Origin: a bacterium
GTDB lineage: Bacteria > Electryoneota > Electryoneia > Electryoneales > Electryoneaceae
Length of the DNA stretch: 32,890 nt
Direction: 5' to 3'
Assembly: GCA_043801585.1 (NCBI GenBank)
Contig: JAZDLX010000030.1
Coordinates: 1 to 32,890 of the forward strand
Of the stretch, positions 15,883-25,678 are shown piece after piece. The position numbers and the translations under genes were made by a program. The notes beneath the pieces were generated by a model. The model saw nothing but the letters and a program-made list of their open reading frames with translations. It searched no databases and was not told the origin of the DNA. Within the stretch, counting starts at the first letter, position 1; every line of letters begins with the position of its first letter.

Positions 15883-18009
15883 TCAATGAATGAGAACAAA
15901 TTTGCCCTCCGTATTGCCCTGCGGACTCTTCAGGAAGTAGAAGTACACCCCCGGTCCCACCAACTGCTGATCGTCGCTCAAGAGATTCCAGGCTTCGATG
16001 GATGCTGCGCGAGAGCTCGTCACCGTATGCTCAATCGTCCGCACTTTTTCACCCGCCACGTTGTAGATCTGAATCGTGCAACGATCCGGCAGCCCGACGA
16101 ATTGAACCTCACGCATCGATCCCTGCTCAAATGCGTTCGCGACCACATAGGGGTTGGGCACCACACGAACGGCGCGCAGGTCATTGCCGCCGGCAAAAGA
16201 TTCATTCGGGACCACACTTACGGTATTGTTCGGTTTGCTCGGGTCAGTAGCAGGCGTACTCTCCAGCGGACCGACAACAGCATTTCCGCTGTCGTACGCC
16301 GCGACGTAATAGAGATACTTGATCCCGTTGATCACGTCGCGATCGGTGAAGATGTTCACCGTGTCGCCAACGTTGAAGAGGGTCAGGGCATCCTCCGTTG
16401 CGACCGGTCTGCGGATCTGATTCCAGGTGTCATCGCCGAGGTCGAACCAGGCGTATTCCGGGAGTGTCCGGTAGTTGCCTTTGATGTTGTCCGGCAGGTC
16501 ATACTGGGCTAGCGGGATGTAATGTGTCGCGCCCTGGAAATCCTGGAAGCTGTAGGTTCCCCAGGTCGTGCCGTTATCGGCGCTGCGATACACCTTGTAC
16601 CCTTCAAACTCGGGGTCCTCTTCGGCATTGGTAGACCAGAAGAGGGTAACTTCACGGTTGTCCTCTTTCGCTTCGACCGTGGGAGTGGGCGGAGCTGTCA
16701 ATGGTTCGAAATCGTTTTCGTAAAGGTTCCTCGCACGTTGGGCGTTGGTGAACAGATCGGCCTGGGTTGTCCCGAAGACCACGGCCACGATCATTGTGTC
16801 GGTTTCGCCCGGATTCAAAGTAAAGGGGTGCGAGCCGATCACCTGAAGGCCATCTGCAGACGAACCGATGAAATAACCCTGCCCGCCGTTGTCAGCGTCC
16901 GGAACTCCGTCACCGTCGAAATCGTCATCGATTCCGTCGTGGTTGCTGTCCTGTGGATCATTGTTGTTGCAAAGGTTCCAGTTGAAATACATCTCCGGAT
17001 TGCCACCAGAACCTGATGGAGACGTTTGCCCCTCCCAGAAATGGGTGGCATCGTAGGTCGCCACGGTGTGATCACCGCCCGGCATCCGCAACGCCGTCAC
17101 CCCACCCCAGGGAATCTGTTCCCGTGTGAGACTCGCGCCGTTGGGGCTTTCGACATAGCCGTTGTCGTCGGTGGCATAGGCGAGTTGCAGATTCTCGTTC
17201 CAGTAGTGACGGTCATCATCCGAGGACCTGGGAGCAAAGGCTTGGGGCAGGAAACCAAGATCGCAATGCACCCCGACCCGCATGTCGGTGAGGGGATCGG
17301 TACCAATATTGCGCACAACCACAACCCACATCAGAAAATCTTCGTAAAGGGAGCCGGTCCACGCCAGGCCGCGCACGACCATCTGGGTTTTCAACCAACG
17401 TGTGGTGCCCTGCCCCCCTCCTTCGAGCTGATCGGTTCCACCCCAACCATAGGAAACGGAAAAGCTTTCAGCGTCGCCGACACGCTCACCTCCGGAACCG
17501 AACCCGGGCCACCCTTCGCTTCCGATCTCAACAGTATCGGTCGTTCCTGGATACACGGTCGGCCAGTTGTCCGGCCAGCTTGAGGGATCGTCGGACATCG
17601 CCGCCGAATCGCTCGAACAGAAACCCGGATAGGGAGCAAAGTGTTCTTCGTTCCAGAAGTCGGCAGACCCCTCATCCATGGTGCCATCAAGGAAGGCGAG
17701 TCCATCCGGATTGGTCCCTCCCCACACTCCGGAGAGCTGGGGGTAAGGTGCTCCGACGACAAAACCGACACTCGTTCCCCAGTTCAATCCTGAACCGTTG
17801 GGGTATTCAAAGGAAGGCATTCTGCGCAACGGTTGATTCTGCTGGTTTCCGTCGCAGAGCAGTCCGGTGTTGTTGAATTTGGTGGCCAGTTTGTTTATCG
17901 AGAATGTCTTCCACCGCTGGTTAACCATCGGATTATTCTGCGCCGAAACAGGGAGCGCGAATGCGAACAGAAGAATAATGACTCCGATCCAGTTTCGCTT
18001 TACCATCAT
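15883..18009 (-). CDS. TBDR-associated T9SS-secreted surface protein 2 (Asp-rich Ca-binding motif, FN3-like domain, VPNPY-type CTD)
   Basis: Signal peptide; FEYPNGSG, DSNHDGIDDDFDGDGVPD, FEGYKVYRS, YYVAAYD, VVPNPYV...GVYFY...GKFVLIH. Confidence 0.82.
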   Translation of the reverse strand: MMVKRNWIGVIILLFAFALPVSAQNNPMVNQRWKTFSINKLATKFNNTGLLCDGNQQNQPLRRMPSFEYPNGSGLNWGTSVGFVVGAPYPQLSGVWGGTNPDGLAFLDGTMDEGSADFWNEEHFAPYPGFCSSDSAAMSDDPSSWPDNWPTVYPGTTDTVEIGSEGWPGFGSGGERVGDAESFSVSYGWGGTDQLEGGGQGTTRWLKTQMVVRGLAWTGSLYEDFLMWVVVVRNIGTDPLTDMRVGVHCDLGFLPQAFAPRSSDDDRHYWNENLQLAYATDDNGYVESPNGASLTREQIPWGGVTALRMPGGDHTVATYDATHFWEGQTSPSGSGGNPEMYFNWNLCNNNDPQDSNHDGIDDDFDGDGVPDADNGGQGYFIGSSADGLQVIGSHPFTLNPGETDTMIVAVVFGTTQADLFTNAQRARNLYENDFEPLTAPPTPTVEAKEDNREVTLFWSTNAEEDPEFEGYKVYRSADNGTTWGTYSFQDFQGATHYIPLAQYDLPDNIKGNYRTLPEYAWFDLGDDTWNQIRRPVATEDALTLFNVGDTVNIFTDRDVINGIKYLYYVAAYDSGNAVVGPLESTPATDPSKPNNTVSVVPNESFAGGNDLRAVRVVPNPYVVANAFEQGSMREVQFVGLPDRCTIQIYNVAGEKVRTIEHTVTSSRAASIEAWNLLSDDQQLVGPGVYFYFLKSPQGNTEGKFVLIH

Positions 18010-18025
18010 GGTTCACGTCTCCCTA

Positions 18026-19039
18026 TTAAAAGCGGAATCCGACACCGAACTGCTGAAGGACTCCAAACACTCCCCAATCGGCGGCAGCGTAATCGAAGAT
18101 CACCTGGCCCATGTTCGGCATGTGGATGTTGAAACCGAATCCAGCCGTCCAGCTGGCCTCGTCCCAATTGGCCTTGTAACCAGCGCGCAGGTAAACAAAA
18201 TCGTCGTAAACATACTCTGCGCCGATCAGGTGACGAGCCTCGTAATCGCGGCTGTCGAGGAGTTGATACACGAGATGCAGCCTCATCTGGTTCGTCTGGA
18301 AAACATTGGTCTCAACACCAAGACGGAAGAGGAGCGGCAACTCCCAGGATTCCGTCTTCATCCTCGCGGGAACTTCCTTGCCCGTGGGGCTGTCCGGCAC
18401 GGTGTAGAGAACCTCAAGATCCCGGCCGTTGAACTGCAACTTGCTGCCGAAATTCGAGAGTACGAAATTCATCTCGAGATTGTTGAGGAAATTCGTCCGG
18501 AATGTAGATCCGATGTCCACGGCAAACGCTGTTGCTTGCGCCTGGGAAAGGTTCTCGTTGATCACCTTGACTTTTCCACCGGCGGAAAACCTGTCCGTGA
18601 GCTTCGCGGCGAATGTTGCACCGATCATCAGATCGCTGGCGTTGAACACTCGGCCGGTTCCATCCTGTTCCGCGATCGTGGTTTCGTCGATGTCACCGGT
18701 GCCGAAATAATCAATATCTACGGCAACCGTCGAGACTGGCGATAACGGATAGGACGCCGCCAGGTAGCTGACCCGGGTATCGACAAGCCACTTCATCGAA
18801 GAGATCGTGATGGAACCCTCGGACATGCCGGCAATGGAAGCGGGGTTGAACATCACTCCCCCCGCCCCGCTGCCGGAAGAGAGAGGTGCGTCTCCCATCG
18901 CGGAGTTGCGTGTGATGGGACTGATCTTGAGAAAATTCGCCGCCGAAGTACCGGCGTAGTTGACGTTCTGGGCATGCACCCCCTCGCCCGCGACGGCAAG
19001 CATCAGGACTGCCAAAATCATTTTTCCGACTGCACGCAT
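18026..19039 (-). CDS. PorV/PorQ-family (UPF0164-like) outer-membrane beta-barrel
   Basis: GTSAANFLKI..RNSAMGDA, FNPA, A.AVDIG, LPLLFRLG, LRAGY, DYA; C-terminal Phe. Confidence 0.85.
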   Translation of the reverse strand: MRAVGKMILAVLMLAVAGEGVHAQNVNYAGTSAANFLKISPITRNSAMGDAPLSSGSGAGGVMFNPASIAGMSEGSITISSMKWLVDTRVSYLAASYPLSPVSTVAVDIDYFGTGDIDETTIAEQDGTGRVFNASDLMIGATFAAKLTDRFSAGGKVKVINENLSQAQATAFAVDIGSTFRTNFLNNLEMNFVLSNFGSKLQFNGRDLEVLYTVPDSPTGKEVPARMKTESWELPLLFRLGVETNVFQTNQMRLHLVYQLLDSRDYEARHLIGAEYVYDDFVYLRAGYKANWDEASWTAGFGFNIHMPNMGQVIFDYAAADWGVFGVLQQFGVGFRF

Positions 19040-19049
19040 CGGGGCCTCC

Positions 19050-21200
19050 CTACAGAATCAGGACCATCTTGCCGGTCTTCTCTCCGAACTCCGACTTCAG
19101 GTAGAAGAAGTAGATTCCGGGAGCGACCAGTTGGTCGTCATCGTTCAAAAGATTCCACACCGCAATGGAAGGAGCCTTTGCGGTGGCTGCATCGTGTTCA
19201 AGCGTTCGCACCTTTTCGCCCGAAGAATTGAAAATGATGATCGTGGCACGGTTGGGCAGATGCGTGAACTGAATTTCTCGTTGATTCCCCATCTCCCACG
19301 CGTTTCCGCCTACGTAGGGGTTGGGAACCACTCGGACATCGTCAAGTGCTTCGGTGGATGTGGCGCCAGGTATGTGCGGCACAACTTTCACCGTATTGTT
19401 TGCAAGCAGCGGGTTGTTCGCCGAGGTGTTCTCCAACGGTCCATAGATCCCGTTGCCGCTGTCGTAGGAGGCAACGTAGAACCGATACTCAAGTCCGTTG
19501 GTGACGTCACGGTCCGTAAATGCACGAACCGTGTCTCCGGCATCGAACAGCGAGAGATTGTCTTCCGCCGTTACGACGTGAAGATTGGGCAGACCGGTGT
19601 CGTCCCCCAGATAGAACCAGGCGTATTCCGGCAAGGTTGAGTAGTTGCCCTTGATGTTGTCATCGAGGTCGAACTGGGCAATCGGGATGTAGTGAATGCT
19701 GCCGTCAAAATCAGCGAAGGACTGCGAACCCCAGGTCACACCGCCGTCGGAGCTGCGGTAGATTTTATACCCCTCAAACTCCTGGTCGGCTTCTGTTTCC
19801 GTGTAGCTCCAGTAGAGATCGACTTTACGGTCGTCCACCTTTGCTTCCACGATGGGTGACGGGGGTGGAGTCAGGGGCTCCCAGTTGTTCTCGTACAGTC
19901 CTTTCGCACGACGCGCGTTGGTCAACAGATCGGCCTTGTTGTCACCCATCACCGTGACGAAGATCAGGGTGTCGATCTCGCCCGGATTGAGGGTGAAAGG
20001 AGCCGACCCCATGACCTGGACGCCATCCGCCCCGGATTCCACCGCATATCCCGGTCCGCCGTTGTCCACATCGGGTACGCCGTCCTCGTCGAAATCGTCG
20101 TCGATGCCATCGTCATTGCTGTCCTGAGGATCGTTTTCGTTGACCAGGTTGTAGCGATAGTAGAGCTCCATCGAAGCTCCGTTACCGGCGGGGGTTGTCG
20201 CAGCCTGCCAGAAATGGAAAACATCGTAGGTGTGGACCTGGTGGTCGCCTCCCGGCATCCGCATCACCATTGTCCCGCCCCAGGCGATTTCATCCGCCGA
20301 GAGAACACCGCCCCCACGATTGATCTCGTATCCGTTGTCGTCGCTGCCATAGGCGAGTTGCAGGCTGGTGTCGTAGTAGTGGCGGTCATCATCGTAGTAG
20401 GGCACTGCATAAAACTCCGGCAGGAAACCGAAATCGCTGTGGACGCCGACTCGAAGGTCTGTGATCGGATCCGTGCCGATGTTCTCAATGGTATAGACCC
20501 AAATGATGAAGTCTTCGTAAAGCGATCCCGACCAGGCGAGGCCGCGGGCGGTCATTTCTGTATTCAACCATCTCACATCCTGGCCTGTGCCACCGCCTTC
20601 GAGATAGTCCGTTCCGGCCCAACCGTAGGATGCGGAGAAACTTTCAACCTCGGCAATACGTTCGCCGCCAGGTCCGAATCCCGGCCAACCCGCGCTTCCA
20701 ACCTGAAGCGTCCGTCCCGATCCGGGAAGGGTTGTCGGCCATTCGCTGGGCCAGGTTCTCGAATTGTCGGACATGGCCACCAAGTCGTGCGCGAGAAAAC
20801 CGGGATACGGAGCAAAATGCTCTTCGCTCCAGAATGCCGCCGATCCCTCGTCCATGGTCCCGTCGAGGTAAGGCAGGCCGCTTGCGTCGTTACCACTCCA
20901 GGCGCCGGAAAGCTGTGGATAGGGAGCTCCGACGACGACGCCAATGCTTGTCCCGTACTGAATCCCGGATCCCGTCGGGTACTCCATCGAAGGCTGGCGG
21001 GCCAGCGGCTGGTTCTGCTGGTTGCCGTCGCAAATCAACCCGGTGTTGTTGAAGACCGTCGAGATCTTGTTCAACTCGAAGGTGTTCCATTTCTGGTAAA
21101 CCATCGGGTTTTCCGTCGGGAACTGTGCGGCAGCAGACGATGCCATCACTGCCACCGCCAGAAGAACCAGTGTCCGGCGTCCGAGACGGATGTGACTCAT
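19050..21200 (-). CDS. TBDR-associated T9SS-secreted surface protein 1 (paralogue of 15883-18009)
   Basis: Start moved to ATG 21200, 1 nt after the TBDR stop. Signal peptide; collinear with its paralogue (NNTGLICDGNQQNQPL, EEHFAPYPGF, DDDRHY, LPEYAWF, VVPNPYV). Confidence 0.82.
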   Translation of the reverse strand: MSHIRLGRRTLVLLAVAVMASSAAAQFPTENPMVYQKWNTFELNKISTVFNNTGLICDGNQQNQPLARQPSMEYPTGSGIQYGTSIGVVVGAPYPQLSGAWSGNDASGLPYLDGTMDEGSAAFWSEEHFAPYPGFLAHDLVAMSDNSRTWPSEWPTTLPGSGRTLQVGSAGWPGFGPGGERIAEVESFSASYGWAGTDYLEGGGTGQDVRWLNTEMTARGLAWSGSLYEDFIIWVYTIENIGTDPITDLRVGVHSDFGFLPEFYAVPYYDDDRHYYDTSLQLAYGSDDNGYEINRGGGVLSADEIAWGGTMVMRMPGGDHQVHTYDVFHFWQAATTPAGNGASMELYYRYNLVNENDPQDSNDDGIDDDFDEDGVPDVDNGGPGYAVESGADGVQVMGSAPFTLNPGEIDTLIFVTVMGDNKADLLTNARRAKGLYENNWEPLTPPPSPIVEAKVDDRKVDLYWSYTETEADQEFEGYKIYRSSDGGVTWGSQSFADFDGSIHYIPIAQFDLDDNIKGNYSTLPEYAWFYLGDDTGLPNLHVVTAEDNLSLFDAGDTVRAFTDRDVTNGLEYRFYVASYDSGNGIYGPLENTSANNPLLANNTVKVVPHIPGATSTEALDDVRVVPNPYVGGNAWEMGNQREIQFTHLPNRATIIIFNSSGEKVRTLEHDAATAKAPSIAVWNLLNDDDQLVAPGIYFFYLKSEFGEKTGKMVLIL

Positions 21201-21201
21201 C

Positions 21202-23763
21202 TCAGTCCCCCCACAAACTGAGACCGATCTGGATACGGCGCCCCGGACCCCACATCGTGGGGTCGTTCGTGTAGTCATCACTCGTCGCATCGCTGGCATC
21301 GACTCCCGGTTTGCCCGAATCAGAATACACCCACCAGACGTTGCGGCGATTCAACAGGTTGTTGACCTGCAGGAAAATTCGCTGCTTCATCCCGGCCCAT
21401 TTAAAGTCCTTGTAGACGTAGGTGTCCATGGATATGATCATCGGACCCCGCTCTTCATTCGGTGCAAACGTGTTGAATGTATAAGGGAAACCGCTGGAGG
21501 CTCCGCCGGTCAGAGTGAATCCCCACTCCCTCGGGAATTTGAAAGAGAGGGAACCGCTGAAAACCTGCGGCTGATCCCAATCCGCGAGATAGGTCCGTGA
21601 TACATCCGTCTGCTGGTCGAACAGCAGCGAACTGGACACCAGGGTCTGGCTGTAGGTGTAGTTCAGGAATGCACTGAAGGTGTTGGAGAAGAAGCGTCTC
21701 AGCGTGAATTCGACACCCTTCACTGTTGAGTAGTTGATGTTGTCGAGCGCCGGAAAGCGGTTTCCTTTCACATCCTCAATGATTATCGTACCGATCAGGT
21801 TCGAGGTTTCACGGTAGAATCCCGTGACATCCAGAGTCACCTTTTCGCCAAGCCGCGTCTGGACACCACCCTCGTAGTTGACCGTGTGCTCTTCCTTGAT
21901 ATCTCCCACCGCGATTGCACCGCTCACCGACTGGATGTTCGGAGCCGGATACTTGGGATAGCTGCGGTTCGCTCCCTGGTACACCTTGTAGAAGTTCGGA
22001 TACTGGTAGTAATGGCCGTAACCAAAGTGGAACGCTGCCTTGTCGCTTATCGGATAGGAGACACCGATACGTGGTGAGAAATAGGAAGAGGCTTTGACAC
22101 CTTTTTGCGGAGAATCCTCCGTGTCATGAATGTCGGTTGGGAAGGTACGCATGGGATCGACAACATCGAGACGAAGACCGAGGTTCAGGATCATCCCGAT
22201 GGTGTTGAACTCCATTTTGTCAGTGACGTAGTAGGATGCCTTGATCGGCATATAGTTGTAGTTCTCGATGGGAGAGAATCCATCCGGATTCAGCCGTCGT
22301 AAGACGGCGTGCGCCTGGTCGAACGATCCTCCCAGCGACACCAGGTTCTGGTTGTTCACCTGGGAGGTAACCTGTCCCTCGGCTCCAAAACGCAGGTAAC
22401 GGCTGTCGAAGTAGACCCAGTCCTCTCCTGAGACGGAGAATTCGCCCGATCCGTTCTGCGGGATCACGGCGTAATCGGCTGCCGTGTTCCAGACGCTGCT
22501 GTGGAAGGTGCGATCATAACGGGAAACGACAACGCTGTAATAGGTTCTGTCGGAGAGAGCATGGTTCCATTTCATATAGGCAAGGGTCTGATTCAGATCA
22601 ACCGTGGGAGTCCCGAAGGGGTTGTATTTGAAATAATGGTTGTAGTTACCTGCCTGACTGACTCCCGCAAAACCGCCAACGTCGATACGCAGATTCTCCG
22701 TTGCCTGGTACATGATCTTGCCGGTGTTGAAGAAGATGTCCCGGAATTGCATCGGAACCTCTTTCGCCGTACCCGTCTTGTCCCTGCCTTCAGAATCCAC
22801 CCAGTCCGGGTAGATAAAGCCGAAGATGTATCCATCGGTTGTGTAGTACCGTGAATTCAGGCTGAACCCGATGTTCTTGGCATATGGCACGGGACCGGCG
22901 AGGTGCATTTCCCCCTGCCAGGTGTTTTCCGAGCCCCCATTAAATCCGGTCTTCCCTCCGATCCGGTCCGTATATCCCGAAGCGTACCATTCCAGGTGTT
23001 CCTTGACCTGGCTGATCGGGTTGAACACCATCACACCCGACATCGCCTCTCCGTACTGGGCGCCGAACGTTCCGGAATAGACGGACATATCCTCGAGACC
23101 TTCGCCGTTGATCGCGTCCACCTCGAAGCCACCCCAGAGATCATCGCGAACCGGAACCCCGTCGTAGAGGTACTCGACCTCACCCTCGCGCCCACCACGG
23201 AAGTGAAATCCATCCGTCGGAATGGTCGCGAATTGGCCGAAGACAGGCTGGCTGTTGACAGGTGTCGTCGAAATATTCCTCGTCACACCCGCCTGGAGCG
23301 AGAGGACATCGGAAAGATCGTTGACAGGCAGCTCGCGCATATCCGCCGCCTTGAGGGTCTGCACTTTGAAGGTCTGGTCCCTCTGGATCTGTGGGCGTTC
23401 GTAAATGATCGTCACCTCTTCCATCTGGATCGCACTGGATTGAAGCGTGACGTCGAGGTTTGTCGTCAAACCGCCTTCAATCCCCACACCCTCCAAGGTC
23501 ACCATCGAGTACCCCAGGGAACTGACCTGGATGTCATAGGATCCGACAGAGATGTTCAGGACAAAGAACTGACCATCCAGGTCCGTGGCAGCTCCCATTC
23601 GAGTGCCCTTGATGAGTACGTTGGTCCCTATGATGGGATTGCCCTGGGCATCCCTGACAGTCCCAAACAGCTTGCCTGTAGTCTGTGCGGAGGCTGCGGA
23701 CCCGGCCGCAACCGCAAGCAACACAGCCAACAGACGCATCAGGCTTTGTCGACCTCGTCTCAT
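21202..23763 (-). CDS. TonB-dependent receptor with N-terminal carboxypeptidase-regulatory-like domain
   Basis: TGKLFGTVRD, GAATDLDG, plug HFRGGREGEV.Y.YDG, GTFGAQYGEAMSGV, NLGLRLD, FSPRIGVSYPI, NLLNRRN, PGRRIQIG. Confidence 0.93.
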   Translation of the reverse strand: MRRGRQSLMRLLAVLLAVAAGSAASAQTTGKLFGTVRDAQGNPIIGTNVLIKGTRMGAATDLDGQFFVLNISVGSYDIQVSSLGYSMVTLEGVGIEGGLTTNLDVTLQSSAIQMEEVTIIYERPQIQRDQTFKVQTLKAADMRELPVNDLSDVLSLQAGVTRNISTTPVNSQPVFGQFATIPTDGFHFRGGREGEVEYLYDGVPVRDDLWGGFEVDAINGEGLEDMSVYSGTFGAQYGEAMSGVMVFNPISQVKEHLEWYASGYTDRIGGKTGFNGGSENTWQGEMHLAGPVPYAKNIGFSLNSRYYTTDGYIFGFIYPDWVDSEGRDKTGTAKEVPMQFRDIFFNTGKIMYQATENLRIDVGGFAGVSQAGNYNHYFKYNPFGTPTVDLNQTLAYMKWNHALSDRTYYSVVVSRYDRTFHSSVWNTAADYAVIPQNGSGEFSVSGEDWVYFDSRYLRFGAEGQVTSQVNNQNLVSLGGSFDQAHAVLRRLNPDGFSPIENYNYMPIKASYYVTDKMEFNTIGMILNLGLRLDVVDPMRTFPTDIHDTEDSPQKGVKASSYFSPRIGVSYPISDKAAFHFGYGHYYQYPNFYKVYQGANRSYPKYPAPNIQSVSGAIAVGDIKEEHTVNYEGGVQTRLGEKVTLDVTGFYRETSNLIGTIIIEDVKGNRFPALDNINYSTVKGVEFTLRRFFSNTFSAFLNYTYSQTLVSSSLLFDQQTDVSRTYLADWDQPQVFSGSLSFKFPREWGFTLTGGASSGFPYTFNTFAPNEERGPMIISMDTYVYKDFKWAGMKQRIFLQVNNLLNRRNVWWVYSDSGKPGVDASDATSDDYTNDPTMWGPGRRIQIGLSLWGD

Positions 23764-23778
23764 GCGAACTCCCTCGCT

Positions 23779-24873
23779 CTAAAATTTCCTGGCTTCTTTC
23801 AAGCCGACATCATCAAAACGTCGAACGGTGACACCCGACGCCTTGCGAACGATGAACGCAATGCCCCCGGCATTTTCGATCGCCCTGGCGACTCGCTCCG
23901 TATTCTCCGGGGCGTAGACGAACATCGCCCCACCGCCGCCGGAGCCGTTGATCTTTCCTCCCAGCGCACCTGCTTTCAATGCAGCATCGATCAAGGAGTC
24001 CAGTTTCTCCGTGGAAACCTGCAACCTCTCGCGAAGCACTTTCTGATGTTCGTTCAGCAATCGACCGAATTCTTCCGGATGGAACGTTTTTGCGCGCAAT
24101 ACTTTAACTGCTTCACGAGTCAAGTTTCGATTTTCGACGGCGCCAAGGAGATACTGCTGGGTGATCGTGTCTCCCCTCGCCAACACCACGGCTTCCTCCA
24201 GCGTCAATTCGTGCAGGCTCCTCCCGGATCGTTCCAGTTCTGTGCGCACCCGTTCCAATGGCGACCGGATGCGGGACAAGACCTTGTTCGTGTTCTTCCG
24301 CTGCTGCGAATCCGCAAGGATGAAAGCGCCGGGTTCCACCGAAAACTCACGGCATCTTTCCTTTGGCTCGAATTCAATCAGCCGCAATCCCCCATAAGCG
24401 ATCGACAGGTGATCCATCTTTCCGCCCGGGGCGTTGAACTCGACGACTTCTGCCCGATACGCGAGCTCCGCCAGCCGCTTCGGTGATTGCGGAGCATTCG
24501 CCAGAGTTGCCAGTGCGCTCATCATCGAAATCAGTGTTGCCGAGCTCGAGGAACTTCCCGAATTGACGGGAATGCCGCTTTTGAACCGCAACCGTGCAGG
24601 AATCAGGGGAAACCCTTCATCCCTTAAAACGTTAATGGCGCTGTGGACATGGTCCACCCCGCTGCGGTATGGCAGGCGTCCGTTGTTCAGCTCCAGCTGC
24701 TCTTCTTTCTTCAGATCCTCGAAATGCAGGATCAGATGGGTCTCGTCTTCAATCCGTTCAGCTTCAACTTTCATGAAGAGGTTGATGGTCATGGCTATCA
24801 CAGGGAGGCCCAGATAATCCTGGTGCTCTCCGAACAGGCACAACCGTCCTGGAGCAGAAGCTTCAACTCTCAT
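23779..24873 (-). CDS. GHMP kinase, galactokinase-like (anomeric sugar kinase)
   Basis: SAPGRLCLFGEHQDY, IPVNSGSSSS, GKMDH, GGKINGSGGGG. The start is uncertain (24873-24903). Confidence 0.88.
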   Translation of the reverse strand: MRVEASAPGRLCLFGEHQDYLGLPVIAMTINLFMKVEAERIEDETHLILHFEDLKKEEQLELNNGRLPYRSGVDHVHSAINVLRDEGFPLIPARLRFKSGIPVNSGSSSSSATLISMMSALATLANAPQSPKRLAELAYRAEVVEFNAPGGKMDHLSIAYGGLRLIEFEPKERCREFSVEPGAFILADSQQRKNTNKVLSRIRSPLERVRTELERSGRSLHELTLEEAVVLARGDTITQQYLLGAVENRNLTREAVKVLRAKTFHPEEFGRLLNEHQKVLRERLQVSTEKLDSLIDAALKAGALGGKINGSGGGGAMFVYAPENTERVARAIENAGGIAFIVRKASGVTVRRFDDVGLKEARKF

Positions 24874-25678
24874 TACGCGCATCCGCGACTTCATCAATTG
24901 CATCCCACTTTTTCGTAGCTTGCCGCCGCTCGAGGTAACGTTTCATCACCTCGAATTCTTCCGATGTGTTCACTCCGAGATGATGTTCCGGGTGTTTGCT
25001 TCGCCAACCGGCCACTCGAAGCCCTGCTTTTCCTGCCAACGTCACGATATCGGTCAGATACATCTCCCTTGCCCGCTGCGATCGTTGGAATTGCATCGCC
25101 AGGGGCCACACGATCGGCGAGGAAAACACCCATTGCGAGGTTGTCACCTCCCGAATCTGTCTCTGCACAGAACTCGCATCGCTTTCTTCGATCAGGGCCA
25201 CGATCTTTCCCTCCGCATCACGCACCACCCGTCCGTAAGGCGGCACGGGATCGAATTCCGCAGTCGTCAGTGTGACCGCCGCATTCTGTTTGCGATGCTC
25301 TTCCAGCAACGCTTCCAGATCCTCACTCTGAAGCGCCGGGGCATCACCCACGGTTACAATCAGATCACCCTGAAATCTCTCCAAGACCGGACGGGCAGCG
25401 AGAAATGCGTGCCCTGTTCCCAGGGGAGTTTCCTGAACCACGGATACAACATCCACACCCGCTCGTTCGATCACCAGATCTCCGCCATGTTCGAGGGGTG
25501 GCACAACCACCACCACGGGACCGTTCACGACCCCAAGGCACGCCTCGATGACCCATCGCACCAGCGGCTTCCCGGCGATCGTCTGCGCCGGCTTCAGTTC
25601 GTCGCTTCCACCAAGACGTTTCCCCATTCCTCCAGCCAGCACAATGGCTGCTGAGTCCCTGTTCGCCGAACGACTCAT
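24863..25678 (-). CDS. Sugar-1-phosphate nucleotidyltransferase (GlmU N-terminal domain only)
   Basis: LAGGMGKRL..K, QETPLGTGHA, VGDAP, YGRVVRD, EMYLTD, GVNT; no hexapeptide acetyltransferase domain. Confidence 0.88.
   Translation of the reverse strand: MSRSANRDSAAIVLAGGMGKRLGGSDELKPAQTIAGKPLVRWVIEACLGVVNGPVVVVVPPLEHGGDLVIERAGVDVVSVVQETPLGTGHAFLAARPVLERFQGDLIVTVGDAPALQSEDLEALLEEHRKQNAAVTLTTAEFDPVPPYGRVVRDAEGKIVALIEESDASSVQRQIREVTTSQWVFSSPIVWPLAMQFQRSQRAREMYLTDIVTLAGKAGLRVAGWRSKHPEHHLGVNTSEEFEVMKRYLERRQATKKWDAIDEVADARNES

Noticed and set aside
22903..24486. Long plus-strand ORFs (527 aa here; also 5090-6466, 6279-7616, 13965-14927, 20214-21221, 27229-28230, 28298-29308, 30827-31840)
   Set aside because: They are antisense shadows of well-supported GC3-rich minus-strand genes and show no recognisable motifs.
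24863..25678. Calling this gene glmU
   Set aside because: It lacks the C-terminal left-handed beta-helix acetyltransferase domain.
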